DNA from: an uncultured Gammaproteobacteria bacterium
GTDB lineage: Bacteria > Pseudomonadota > Gammaproteobacteria > Arenicellales > Arenicellaceae
DNA length: 16,000 bases
NCBI GenBank assembly: GCA_964517515.1
Contig: CAZFEM010000020.1
Location: 3,076 to 19,075, forward strand
Direction of reading: 5' to 3'
The notes under the pieces were generated by a model. It had not been told where the DNA came from. It saw only the letters and a program-made list of their open reading frames with translations, and searched no databases. Of this stretch, positions 7,289-16,000 are shown piece by piece. The position numbers and the translations under genes are program-made. The number at the start of each line of letters is the position of its first letter. The stretch's first letter is position 1.

Positions 7289-7310
7289 TTAATGAATAAC
7301 CTTAATATAG

Positions 7311-8477
7311 CTACAAACCTGCAGCTTGTCGCAAAGCATCAGCTTTATCCGTTGCTTCCCAAACATATTCAGGTTCTGTACGGCCAAAATGACCATATGC
7401 AGCACTATTACGATAAATAGGACGTAGTAGATCAAGCGTCTGAATAATAGCCTTTGGACGCAAGTCAAAATGATCTGCAACTAAGGCTTCAATCTTTTCT
7501 TCATCAATTTTATTGGTACCAAAAGTATTAACCATTAAACTTACCGGTTTTGCTACACCAATCGCATAAGCAACTTGCACTTCGCAACGTTCAGCAAGAC
7601 CTGCGGCAACAACATTTTTAGCAACATAACGCCCTGCATATGCAGCTGAGCGATCAACTTTGGATGGATCTTTGCCAGAAAATGCGCCACCACCATGATG
7701 TGCTGCACCGCCATAAGTATCTACAATAATCTTACGACCTGTAACTCCACAGTCTCCTACCGGTCCACCGATAACAAATCGGCCAGTAGGGTTAACCAAA
7801 TATTTAGTATCAGCGGTAACCATTTCTGCTGGTAATACCGGTTTAATAACTTCTTCAATAATCGCTTCTTCTAAATCTGCATGACTAACATCTTCACTAT
7901 GCTGAGTAGACAATACAACAGTATCAATTGATACCGGCTTACCTTCAACATAACGAACTGTTACTTGCGACTTTGCATCGGGACGTAACCAATCTAACTG
8001 GCCACTCTTACGCACTTCTGATTGCTTTTTTACTAAGCGATGTGAATATTCAATCGGCATAGGCATTAGAACATCAGTTTCAGTACAGGCGAAACCAAAC
8101 ATTAAACCCTGGTCGCCAGCTCCTTGATCAAGATCAAGTCCTTCTCCTTCATTGACGCCTTGAGCAATATCTACCGACTGTTGGTCTAATGAAACCATAA
8201 CAGCACAACTGCGTGAATCAAAGCCAAGTTCGGATTTGTTATAACCAATTTCATCAATTGTTTGACGTACTCGCTCTGTCACACCATCAAGCGTGCGGTT
8301 ACTAGTAATCTCACCAGACAAAACAACTAAACCAGTATTTACTAGTGTTTCACAAGCAACCCTTGAAGCAGGATCCTCTTCTAACAAATAATCCAAAACG
8401 GTATCAGAAATCTGATCAGCTACTTTATCCGGATGTCCTTCTGACACTGACTCAGAAGTAAATAAAAAGTCTCTCAT
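7311..8477 (-). CDS. metK: S-adenosylmethionine synthetase
   Basis: 388-aa ORF with canonical motifs [29 protein letters not shown] and [19 protein letters not shown]. Confidence 0.98.
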   Translation of the reverse strand: MRDFLFTSESVSEGHPDKVADQISDTVLDYLLEEDPASRVACETLVNTGLVVLSGEITSNRTLDGVTERVRQTIDEIGYNKSELGFDSRSCAVMVSLDQQSVDIAQGVNEGEGLDLDQGAGDQGLMFGFACTETDVLMPMPIEYSHRLVKKQSEVRKSGQLDWLRPDAKSQVTVRYVEGKPVSIDTVVLSTQHSEDVSHADLEEAIIEEVIKPVLPAEMVTADTKYLVNPTGRFVIGGPVGDCGVTGRKIIVDTYGGAAHHGGGAFSGKDPSKVDRSAAYAGRYVAKNVVAAGLAERCEVQVAYAIGVAKPVSLMVNTFGTNKIDEEKIEALVADHFDLRPKAIIQTLDLLRPIYRNSAAYGHFGRTEPEYVWEATDKADALRQAAGL

Positions 8478-8595
8478 AATTAGGCCCTATTTTAAAAATT
8501 AGCAAGCATCAATAAAAATTAGTGGCTGATTCTATCACCTTGTATGCTTTAATACACGCCATTAAGCATTAATATAATCCCTCACTAATTTAGTT

Positions 8596-9168
8596 ATGGT
8601 TGATCGTTTACCGGTTTGGTTATTTTTATCTTTGGCCCTTATTCTAATCGGCTTTGCCTTGCTACCTGTCGCAAGATTAATACTAGGTGTTGATGCACAA
8701 ATAGCGATCCAACCCCTCACAATGGTAATGTTGTTAATCAGTGGATTAATGTGCGGCTTATCCGCCATGATTTTACTAGTTAAGCGCCAACCTAAAATCG
8801 AAAAGTACTCTTCGGATAATGAAGATATTGTTCTGCCAATAAAAATTCATGCAAGTGCTCTACTGCTATTCAGTTGTATCCCGCTAGCAAATTTTTTGCT
8901 TTGTTATTGGTTGTGGATAAAAAACCGTCATCAATCAAGATATTTTGACAAACAAGGTCAGGAGGTTGTGAATTTTCAAATCAGCATCTACTTATATTTA
9001 TTATTATCCTTATTTCTAACGTTCGCCGTCATTGGCGTATTTTTTATCCCGATTTTATTACTAGCACATCTTTTTTTAACAATAGCAGCCATTATTCTAT
9101 GCGCCGCTGGACATGAATTTAAATACCCTTTTAATATTCCTATCATTGAGGGGCGTTTACAAAAATAA
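8596..9168 (+). CDS. Multi-pass membrane protein with a C-terminal DUF4870-like domain
   Basis: 190-aa ORF. There are two extra N-terminal TM helices. The C-terminal part (IPLANFLLCYWLWIKNRHQSRYFDKQGQEVVNFQISIYLY...AAGHEFKYPFNIPII) resembles the DUF4870 pattern (PLiiWl.k.d..fv..h.keaLNFqis ... G..yrYP). Confidence 0.6.
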   Translation: MVDRLPVWLFLSLALILIGFALLPVARLILGVDAQIAIQPLTMVMLLISGLMCGLSAMILLVKRQPKIEKYSSDNEDIVLPIKIHASALLLFSCIPLANFLLCYWLWIKNRHQSRYFDKQGQEVVNFQISIYLYLLLSLFLTFAVIGVFFIPILLLAHLFLTIAAIILCAAGHEFKYPFNIPIIEGRLQK

Positions 9169-9183
9169 ATTTCTAATAAGCTA

Positions 9184-10458
9184 CTATAAACTCGTCATCA
9201 CAGCACCAGCTCGATCTAAAGTATCTGCAATATCGTTCTCACTATGCGCAGCTGATACAAAACCTGCCTCAAAAGACGATGGCGCTAGATAAACACCTGC
9301 ATCCAACATCCCATGGAAAAATTTATTAAACCGTTCCGTGTCGCAAGCCATGGAGTCATCAAAATTCTCTACCTTTTGCGCCTCGGTAAAAAATAATCCG
9401 AACATTCCACCAACACCTTGAGTCTGTACTGGAATATCTGCCGACTTAGCAACACTTTTTAAACCAAGTAATAAACTTTTAACTTTTACCGTTATGTTTT
9501 CAAAAAACTGCGGCTCAGATATTAATTCAAGTGTTTTTAACCCAGCCGCCATTGCTACTGGATTACCAGACAAAGTCCCTGCTTGATAGACCGGGCCATC
9601 AGGAGATATATGGTTCATGATTTCTTCCGAACCACCAAACGATCCAACAGGCATACCGCCACCAATCACTTTTCCAAAACAAGTTAAGTCTGGTCTTACA
9701 TCGTATAAGCCTTGTGCACCAGTAAGGGCAACTCTAAAACCAGTCATAACTTCATCAAAAATTAATACCGAAGAGTATTCATCACAAACTTCTCGCAAAC
9801 CTTGTAAGAATCCTTCTTTAGGTGGGATTAAATTCATATTACCGGCAACAGGCTCAACAATAATCGCGGCTATTTCTTCGCCTATTTCAGCAAACAAGTC
9901 CTTTACCTGTTGCAGGTTATTAAACTGCAAGGTTAAAGTGTGTTCAGCTAACGCCTCAGGCACACCTGGTGAGGTAGGTACACCAAAGGTTAACGCACCG
10001 GAGCCTGCTTTAACTAATAAACTATCAGAGTGACCATGATAACAACCTTCAAATTTAACGATTTTATCCCGGCCAGTAAAACCACGCGCCAGCCTTAAAG
10101 CACTCATAGTCGCTTCCGTTCCAGAACTAACCATGCGAACTTTATCAATACTCGGAATCAATCCGCAGATCTTGCTAGCTAGTTCGGTTTCAAGTTCAGT
10201 TGGTGCACCAAAACTTAGACCATTTTCAGCGGTTGTTTGAACTGCCTTGATTACCTCAGGGTGAGCATGCCCAAGAACCATTGGACCCCAAGAACCAACA
10301 TAGTCAATATATTGCTTATCATCAGCATCCCATAAATAAGCACCCTTCGCTTTGTTAATAAAGATTGGTTCGCCACCAACACTTTTAAAAGCCCGTACCG
10401 GTGAATTAACACCACCTGGGATATATTGCTTAGCTTTTTTAAATCTTGAAATAGTCAT
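9184..10458 (-). CDS. hemL: Glutamate-1-semialdehyde 2,1-aminomutase
   Basis: 424-aa ORF. N-terminus [12 protein letters not shown], class-III aminotransferase fold, and the PLP-lysine context [13 protein letters not shown]. Confidence 0.97.
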   Translation of the reverse strand: MTISRFKKAKQYIPGGVNSPVRAFKSVGGEPIFINKAKGAYLWDADDKQYIDYVGSWGPMVLGHAHPEVIKAVQTTAENGLSFGAPTELETELASKICGLIPSIDKVRMVSSGTEATMSALRLARGFTGRDKIVKFEGCYHGHSDSLLVKAGSGALTFGVPTSPGVPEALAEHTLTLQFNNLQQVKDLFAEIGEEIAAIIVEPVAGNMNLIPPKEGFLQGLREVCDEYSSVLIFDEVMTGFRVALTGAQGLYDVRPDLTCFGKVIGGGMPVGSFGGSEEIMNHISPDGPVYQAGTLSGNPVAMAAGLKTLELISEPQFFENITVKVKSLLLGLKSVAKSADIPVQTQGVGGMFGLFFTEAQKVENFDDSMACDTERFNKFFHGMLDAGVYLAPSSFEAGFVSAAHSENDIADTLDRAGAVMTSL

Positions 10459-10603
10459 GATTATATTCTTAGTAAAAAGATCGTCATTTAGATTGCCATG
10501 CTAGGCGCTATGACGCAATAGTAGAAAACTTAAGATTAAAAACTAGAATGAATCACAGCATAACGAATAGTCCATATAGCTTAGGCATACTCATCACTCT
10601 AAA

Positions 10604-10634
10604 ATAAAAAAGGCGCTACCTGAGCGCCTTTTTA
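10604..10634 (-). terminator. Rho-independent terminator downstream of rpmE
   Basis: 7-bp stem AGGCGCT (10611-10617) pairing with AGCGCCT (10623-10629), with a 5-nt loop. On the minus strand it is followed by TTTTTTATTTT. It lies about 20 nt past the rpmE stop. Confidence 0.8.
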
Positions 10635-10656
10635 TATACCTTTATTTTAGTAAGGT

Positions 10657-10860
10657 TTATTTTTTTCCGTAACGAGACTTAAATCGACCTACGCGACCTT
10701 CTGTATCCATTACTTTCTGCTTGCCAGTATAAAAAGGGTGGCACTCAGAACAAATTTCAATATGTAATTCTTGATTCAATGTTGAACCAGTCTTGAATTT
10801 ATTACCACAAGCACAAGTCACTTCAATTTCATTGTAATCTGGGTGGGTATCAGCTTTCAT
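10657..10860 (-). CDS. rpmE: 50S ribosomal protein L31 (bL31), zinc-binding type A
   Basis: 67-aa [12 protein letters not shown]...CxC (C16, C18) ...CSEC (C37, C40) ...[13 protein letters not shown] Shine-Dalgarno 9 nt upstream of the ATG. Confidence 0.97.
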   Translation of the reverse strand: MKADTHPDYNEIEVTCACGNKFKTGSTLNQELHIEICSECHPFYTGKQKVMDTEGRVGRFKSRYGKK

Positions 10861-10948
10861 GATTTTTAACCTCTATAAATATCTCGGCTTTATGCTTAAT
10901 TGCAAGGTGAACTCGCAATTTCGCGCGAATTCTTTAGCTCGGTAGGCG

Positions 10949-10977
10949 AATATAGGTCAAAGCCTCGCCGTATTCAA
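10949..10977 (-). promoter_or_regulatory. Candidate sigma70 promoter for rpmE
   Basis: The minus strand reads TTGAAT (10977-10972), a 17-nt spacer, then TATATT (10954-10949). This implies a 5' UTR of roughly 80 nt. Based on sequence pattern only. Confidence 0.35.
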
Positions 10978-10999
10978 GTGATATTGAAAGAAAATATTA

Positions 11000-11812
11000 T
11001 TAACAATCAACTTGCTTAAGAAGATTTGCTAAACGTACAAAACTATTAACATCTAGAGTCTCCGCTCTGACTTTTGAATCAATACCTAAACTTTCCATTT
11101 GTTCCGAGTTAAGTAAGCCTTTCAAAGTATTTCGTAATGTTTTACGGCGTTGTGAAAACGCCTGTTTTACAACTTTAGCAAATAATAATTGGTCTTCCAC
11201 CAAGCCTATAGAAGAATCACTAACGCTTAATGGCGTGAGTTGCACAATCGCTGATTCTACTTTAGGGGGTGGAAAAAATGCAGTCCTTGGTACATTAAAC
11301 AAACGCTCGATTCGATATCGTTGCTGTAACATAACTGAAAGCCGCCCATATAATTTAGAACCTGGTCCTGACACCATTCGGTCAACAACTTCTTTCTGCA
11401 ACATAACTGTTTGTGAATCTAAATACTCAGCGTATTGCATTAAGTGAAATAAAACAGGGCTGGATATATTGTAGGGTAGGTTGCCAATGACTTTAATTGG
11501 CCTTGTGCTCTGTGCAAGAAGTTCAGTCATATCAAACTTAAGTATGTCACTGTCATGTACAACTAAGTTGGTTGATACCACCGCACGTTTTTGCCAAAAA
11601 GAAACAAGCTCTCGATCAAACTCAATAATATGACAATGATTAGATAAAGCTAAAACCTGATCTGTTAATGCACCTCGTCCTGGGCCGATTTCTACGATTG
11701 TATCGTCTGCACGAATACCTACTGACTCAACAATTTTTCGTATGATGTTGGCGTCTTGTAAAAAGTTTTGTCCAAGCGCTTTTTTCGGCGCCGAAAAATT
11801 ATCATATGCCAT
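11000..11812 (-). CDS. rsmA: 16S rRNA (adenine1518-N6/adenine1519-N6)-dimethyltransferase
   Basis: 270-aa ORF with the GQNFL motif, SAM-binding VEIGPGRGALT, and NLPYNISSP. The start lies 6 nt after the pdxA stop. Confidence 0.96.
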   Translation of the reverse strand: MAYDNFSAPKKALGQNFLQDANIIRKIVESVGIRADDTIVEIGPGRGALTDQVLALSNHCHIIEFDRELVSFWQKRAVVSTNLVVHDSDILKFDMTELLAQSTRPIKVIGNLPYNISSPVLFHLMQYAEYLDSQTVMLQKEVVDRMVSGPGSKLYGRLSVMLQQRYRIERLFNVPRTAFFPPPKVESAIVQLTPLSVSDSSIGLVEDQLLFAKVVKQAFSQRRKTLRNTLKGLLNSEQMESLGIDSKVRAETLDVNSFVRLANLLKQVDC

Positions 11813-11818
11813 CAGATT

Positions 11819-12802
11819 TTAGTTACTCGCTAACACCATATCTCGAGCTGTTTTTAACGCCGTTTTCAAACTACCAATATCTGCATTACCCGAGCCAGCT
11901 AAATCAAAAGCAGTGCCGTGATCAACCGAGGTGCGAATTATCGGTAGGCCAAGGGTAATATTTGCTGCTTCGCCAAAACTTTGTGCCTTTAAAACTGGCA
12001 GGCCTTGGTCATGATACATCGCAACAACGACATCTGCTTGCGCTAAATTTTTTCTGGTAAACAAAGTATCCGCAGGCAAAGGGCCAACAACATTGAGCCC
12101 TTCACTTCGAAGCTCTGCTAAAGCGGGTTCAATGATGTCAATTTCTTCCCTTCCTAAATGCCCACCTTCACCAGCATGGGGATTTAAGCCACAAATCAAT
12201 TGAGTCGGTGAATCAATACCGTATTTGCTCCGTAAGTCTCGATCAATAACGCGGCAAATTTTCAGAATGCTTTGCTTACTAATCGCTTGAGCAACATCTT
12301 TTAATGGTAAGTGCGTTGTTACTAACGCCACACGTAAATCATTGGAAGCCAATAACATCACCGGCAAAGGCGCTTTAGTGCGTTCTGCTAAATATTCAGT
12401 ATGTCCGGAAAAATTGATGCCTGCGTCATTAATAATTCCTTTATGCAAGGGTCCAGTAACCATCGCAGCATATTCACCAGATAAACAACCATCAATAGCA
12501 ACGTTGAGCATCTTGAATACAGCTGCAACATTATCTACCTTGGGTTTGCCTGCTAAATTCAAATCTGAAATCGGCATGTCCACTACTCGAAGTTGCGATT
12601 TCGATTGCGGCAATTGCTCTGGTTCTAATAGCTCAATTGGAATGCATATTTGCTCTGCTCTCCTTTGTAACAAGCGCTTATCACCAATACAAACAACATC
12701 TGACAGCAATTGTTCTTGTGCGAGTTGCAAAATAATATCTACACCAATGCCCGCTGGTTCACCGATCGTATAAGCAATCAAATTATTAGTGTGTTGTGTC
12801 AT
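11819..12802 (-). CDS. pdxA: 4-hydroxythreonine-4-phosphate dehydrogenase
   Basis: 327-aa ORF with GEPAGIG, FSGHTEYLA, GLNPHAGEGGHLG, MYHDQGL and TSVDHGTAFD motifs. Confidence 0.96.
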   Translation of the reverse strand: MTQHTNNLIAYTIGEPAGIGVDIILQLAQEQLLSDVVCIGDKRLLQRRAEQICIPIELLEPEQLPQSKSQLRVVDMPISDLNLAGKPKVDNVAAVFKMLNVAIDGCLSGEYAAMVTGPLHKGIINDAGINFSGHTEYLAERTKAPLPVMLLASNDLRVALVTTHLPLKDVAQAISKQSILKICRVIDRDLRSKYGIDSPTQLICGLNPHAGEGGHLGREEIDIIEPALAELRSEGLNVVGPLPADTLFTRKNLAQADVVVAMYHDQGLPVLKAQSFGEAANITLGLPIIRTSVDHGTAFDLAGSGNADIGSLKTALKTARDMVLASN

Positions 12803-12871
12803 AAACTTATTACCATTATAACTCGCGTAAAGGTTCTCTGTATTAAAAACACTACTATGGGCAACGGAGTT

Positions 12872-12880
12872 TGGTAGAAT
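12872..12880 (+). promoter_or_regulatory. Candidate extended -10 element (TGgTAGAAT) for glmU
   Basis: TGGTAGAAT at 12872-12880, about 30 nt upstream of the glmU start, within the 108-bp pdxA/glmU divergent spacer. I found no convincing -35. Confidence 0.3.
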
Positions 12881-12910
12881 TAGTTTTTGTATTTCTGAAC
12901 GAGCAAAATC

Positions 12911-14311
12911 GTGTTGAATCCTGAACTACATATTGTCATACTCGCGGCTGGTAAAGGCAGCCGTATGAAATCAAAGCTCCCCAAAGTATTGCACTGCATC
13001 GGCGGTAAGCCTTTGCTTGGACATGTAGTTTCTGCAGCAAGCAAATTAAAGCCTTCACAATTACATGTGATTGTAGGGCACGGCAAGGATCAAGTACAAG
13101 ATTATCTACATTCACAAACGCTGGATTGTGAACTGAATGTTATTGAGCAAGTAGAGCAAAAAGGTACTGGTCATGCAGTACAACAAGCAATGCCCTTTAT
13201 TCCTGAAAAGGCATCGGTATTGATCTTAACTGCCGACGTGCCTCTTATTCAATCTACGACACTTAGCGCTTTAAGCGATTCAATGCAAAGCCGGACTCTC
13301 GCACTGTTAACTGCTGTTATGCCTAATCCGACTGGTCTTGGTCGGATTTTGCGTGACAATAACGATGATGTTGTCGGCATAATTGAAGAAAAAGATGCAA
13401 CGGATACGCAACGCGCAATTACCGAAATTAACTCGGGCATTATGTGCGCTCGCGCTAAAGAGTTAAAAGAATGGTTAGCCAATATCCAACCAAATAATGC
13501 CCAAGGTGAATTCTACTTAACTGATATTGTTGGTCTCGCCCATCAACAAGGGCAAGTGATCAGCGCTCTTACCGTTGCAGATAAATCTGAAGTAGAAGGG
13601 ATTAATTCGCGAGTCCAGTTAGCTAAAGTAGAGCGTTTGTATCAGTTACAGTGTGCCGAAAATTTTATGATGAATGGCGTTACAATTATCGATCCGCAAC
13701 GATTCGATATTCGCGGTGACGTTGAGATCGGTGCGGACACAATCATCGATATTAACTGTGTAATCAAAGGCCCTACAAAAATAGGCAGCGGTGTAACTAT
13801 CGCAGCCAATTGCATGATTAGTACAAGCAATATTGGTGATGATTGTTCTATTCACGCAAACACCGTGATTGAATCTGCTAATTTAGGCACACAAGTTTCA
13901 GTTGGTCCCTTCGCACGCTTACGTCCTGGCACCGAACTTCAGGAACGAGTACGTATTGGCAACTTTGTTGAAATTAAAAATGCCAAATTTGCAGAAGGTG
14001 CAAAAGCCAATCATCTAAGTTATGTAGGCGATTCCACGGTAGGTAAAAATACTAATATTGGTGCCGGTGTTATCACCTGTAATTACGATGGCGCTAACAA
14101 GCATCAAACAACCATTGGTGATAATGTATTTGTAGGCTCCGATTCACAATTAGTTGCGCCCGTTGTTATCGAAGACGGTGCAACAATTGGCGCTGGTTCA
14201 ACTATTACCAATAAAGTTAATTGCGACCAATTAGCAATCAGTCGAGTTCGACAAAGAGAAATAGATGGTTGGCAACGACCAGTAAAAATAAAACAACCCA
14301 ACAAAAAGTAA
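12911..14311 (+). CDS. glmU: Bifunctional UDP-N-acetylglucosamine pyrophosphorylase / glucosamine-1-phosphate N-acetyltransferase
   Basis: 466-aa ORF with the N-terminal LAAGKGSRM nucleotidyltransferase motif and C-terminal hexapeptide (left-handed beta-helix) repeats. The start must be non-ATG, either GTG 12911 or TTG 12914. An in-frame TGA lies at 12896-12898, and the first Met codon falls inside the conserved GKGSRM motif. Confidence 0.96.
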   Translation: MLNPELHIVILAAGKGSRMKSKLPKVLHCIGGKPLLGHVVSAASKLKPSQLHVIVGHGKDQVQDYLHSQTLDCELNVIEQVEQKGTGHAVQQAMPFIPEKASVLILTADVPLIQSTTLSALSDSMQSRTLALLTAVMPNPTGLGRILRDNNDDVVGIIEEKDATDTQRAITEINSGIMCARAKELKEWLANIQPNNAQGEFYLTDIVGLAHQQGQVISALTVADKSEVEGINSRVQLAKVERLYQLQCAENFMMNGVTIIDPQRFDIRGDVEIGADTIIDINCVIKGPTKIGSGVTIAANCMISTSNIGDDCSIHANTVIESANLGTQVSVGPFARLRPGTELQERVRIGNFVEIKNAKFAEGAKANHLSYVGDSTVGKNTNIGAGVITCNYDGANKHQTTIGDNVFVGSDSQLVAPVVIEDGATIGAGSTITNKVNCDQLAISRVRQREIDGWQRPVKIKQPNKK

Positions 14312-14316
14312 TCACT

Positions 14317-16000
14317 ATGTGCGGAATCATCGGCGCTATTTCTGAGCGCGATATTACACCCATCCTTATAGATGGCCTAAAACGTTTAGAATATCGAGGC
14401 TACGATTCAGCAGGCATCGCTGTTATTAATGAAGACTCACAACTGGATCTCAAACGGAGCGTCGGTCGTGTCGCAAATTTAGAATCAATTTCACATTCAT
14501 CTATAGGGAAAATTGGAATTGCCCATACTCGCTGGGCAACTCACGGTGTGCCTGCCATTCACAATGCCCATCCGCACACTAGTTCAAATCAAGTTGCGAT
14601 AGTCCACAATGGCATTATCGAAAATCATGAAGATTTAAGAAAAAATCAAAAAGAACGTGGTTTTACATTTAGTTCAGAAACCGATACAGAAGTCATCGTG
14701 CACCAAATAGATTGGCACATGCAGCAAAATACCAATTTATTAGAAGCCGTACATAAAACGATAAATGAATTAGAAGGAGCTTACGGCCTTGGTGTTGTAT
14801 CTAAACACGATCCTGACACACTAATTGCTGCACGCAATGGTTCGCCCTTATTGATTGGTTTAGGTGAGAATGAAAATTTTATTGCCTCTGATATGTTGGC
14901 ATTAATTCCTGTTGCACAAAAATATATTGTTTTAGAAGACGGTGATATTGCCAAAGTTACTCGTAATGAAGTCATTGTTTACGACAATGATTTAAACCCT
15001 GTTAATCGAGAAATTCGGGTTAGCACGCTCAGCGATGACGAGACCGATTTGGAAGGTTATGCGCATTTTATGAAGAAGGAAATTCATGAACAAACTCGTG
15101 CCATTACTGAAACGCTCGAAGGGCGTCTAGGCGCAAACAGTGTACTCGAACTGCCCTTTGGTGAATCAGCCCGCGATATTTTTGATGCTGCCAAAGAAAT
15201 TAAAATTGTCGCTTGTGGCACTAGTTATTACGCTGCAAATGTTGCCCGATATTGGTTTGATGAGTTTGGCGTTCGTTGTGATGTTGAAATAGCGAGTGAA
15301 TACCGGTATCGCAAACATACCGTTAAAGAAGGCACACTATTCCTAACTATTTCCCAATCAGGTGAAACGCTCGACACTATGGCTGCCCTCGAAATGGCAA
15401 AAACACTGGGGTATTCAAACACATTGTGTATCTGTAATTCTCCAGAAAGCTCTTTGGTTCGCGCCAGTGACCTAACAATTTTCACCCACGCTGGTCGTGA
15501 AATTGGCGTTGCATCAACTAAGGCTTTTACAACGCAATTAGTAACCTTATTAATGCTAGCGATTTGTTTACGACGACGCCAAGTCGGTGATGGTCGAACG
15601 GTGGACGATGTCGAAAAAGAACTTGTGCATGAGTTACGCACACTTCCTCAGCAAATTGAACAAACGTTTGAACTGGAAAATGACATCATCATGATGTCCA
15701 AACATTTTGCTGACAAAAACAATGCGCTATTTTTAGGGCGTGGTGCACATTATCCAATCGCAATGGAAGGTGCGCTCAAGCTAAAAGAAATTTCCTACAT
15801 TCATGCTGAAGCATATGCTGCTGGTGAACTCAAACACGGCCCTTTAGCCTTAGTGGATGAAAATATGCCAGTAGTAGCGGTAGCACCTAACGATCAATTA
15901 TTAGAAAAACTTAAATCAAACTTACAAGAAGTTCGCGCCCGTGGAGGTAAGTTATTTGTTTTTGCTGATGTCGATGCTGGCATTAAATCTGATGAAAATA
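14317..16000 (+). CDS. glmS: Glutamine--fructose-6-phosphate aminotransferase (3' end outside window)
   Basis: This ORF is not in the supplied track because it runs off the window. ATG 14317 gives MCGIIGAI (catalytic Cys2), then HTRWATHG, HNGIIEN, and SIS-domain motifs ISQSGETLDT and GVASTKAFT. The frame is open for 561 codons to position 16000. Confidence 0.97.
   Translation, partial: MCGIIGAISERDITPILIDGLKRLEYRGYDSAGIAVINEDSQLDLKRSVGRVANLESISHSSIGKIGIAHTRWATHGVPAIHNAHPHTSSNQVAIVHNGIIENHEDLRKNQKERGFTFSSETDTEVIVHQIDWHMQQNTNLLEAVHKTINELEGAYGLGVVSKHDPDTLIAARNGSPLLIGLGENENFIASDMLALIPVAQKYIVLEDGDIAKVTRNEVIVYDNDLNPVNREIRVSTLSDDETDLEGYAHFMKKEIHEQTRAITETLEGRLGANSVLELPFGESARDIFDAAKEIKIVACGTSYYAANVARYWFDEFGVRCDVEIASEYRYRKHTVKEGTLFLTISQSGETLDTMAALEMAKTLGYSNTLCICNSPESSLVRASDLTIFTHAGREIGVASTKAFTTQLVTLLMLAICLRRRQVGDGRTVDDVEKELVHELRTLPQQIEQTFELENDIIMMSKHFADKNNALFLGRGAHYPIAMEGALKLKEISYIHAEAYAAGELKHGPLALVDENMPVVAVAPNDQLLEKLKSNLQEVRARGGKLFVFADVDAGIKSDEN

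Noticed and set aside
7289-7480. 63-aa minus-strand ORF overlapping the metK 3' end
   Set aside because: It is an alternative frame of metK, running from inside the coding region past the metK stop (7311) to within 8 nt of the terminator stem (7267-7281). It has a hydrophobic, nonsense-like composition.
8478-8595. SAM riboswitch or MetJ operators upstream of metK
   Set aside because: The spacer is only 118 bp and shared with a divergent gene. I found no AGACGTCT-type met boxes and no extended conserved-looking helices.
8562-8768. 68-aa minus-strand ORF
   Set aside because: It is antisense to the start of the DUF4870-type membrane gene and reaches into the metK promoter region. It has no motifs.
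9617-10033. 138-aa plus-strand ORF inside hemL
   Set aside because: It is antisense to a fully conserved HemL frame. Its Pro/Ser/Thr-rich composition is typical of an antisense artefact.
10445-10470. TATAAT hexamer 1 nt upstream of the hemL ATG, considered as a sign of a leaderless mRNA
   Set aside because: The spacing puts the expected transcription start inside the coding region, so it is probably fortuitous AT-rich sequence.
11235-13086. Track ORFs 11235..11447 (+), 12342..12773 (+) and 12880..13086 (-)
   Set aside because: They are antisense to rsmA, pdxA and the glmU 5' end respectively. They are Cys/Ser-rich with no motifs.
13249-15641. Minus-strand ORFs 13249..13482, 13642..13830, 13646..13855, 14104..14304, 14781..14975 and 15228..15641
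   Set aside because: All are antisense to the strongly supported glmU and glmS frames. The repetitive hexapeptide region of glmU tends to keep other frames open.
1-16000. Search for mobile elements, CRISPR arrays, tRNA/rRNA genes, defence or toxin-antitoxin modules, and compositional islands
   Set aside because: I found no transposase, integrase or recombinase-like ORFs, no inverted terminal repeats, no regularly spaced repeats and no cloverleaf-capable GC-rich segments in the spacers. Composition looks uniform by eye. The window appears to be core chromosome.

Overview
AT-rich chromosomal segment that looks gammaproteobacterial and consists almost entirely of conserved housekeeping genes. 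Reading left to right: the 3' end of a thioredoxin-fold gene (+); a tightly packed minus-strand block thpR-trpH-pepN; two tandem cytochrome b562-family genes (+); a cytochrome b561/PF01292-type membrane gene (+); an orphan membrane-anchored protein (+); a DUF465 gene (+); metK (-); a DUF4870-type membrane protein (+); hemL (-); rpmE (-); pdxA-rsmA (-); and divergent glmU-glmS (+, with glmS running off the window end). I saw no tRNA, rRNA, CRISPR array, IS or transposase, integrase, or long repeat. Three clean rho-independent terminator hairpins are visible. Most of the window is ordinary core genome, and I see no convincing defence island or mobile system. The only accessory-looking stretch is about 4.4-7.3 kb. 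It holds a b562-like gene pair whose helix 1 has no Met at all, next to a b561-like gene, an orphan Gly-rich membrane protein and an overlapping DUF465 gene. The other non-canonical arrangement is the thpR-trpH-pepN operon. All functional calls rest on motif and family recognition by eye, since no database search was possible.
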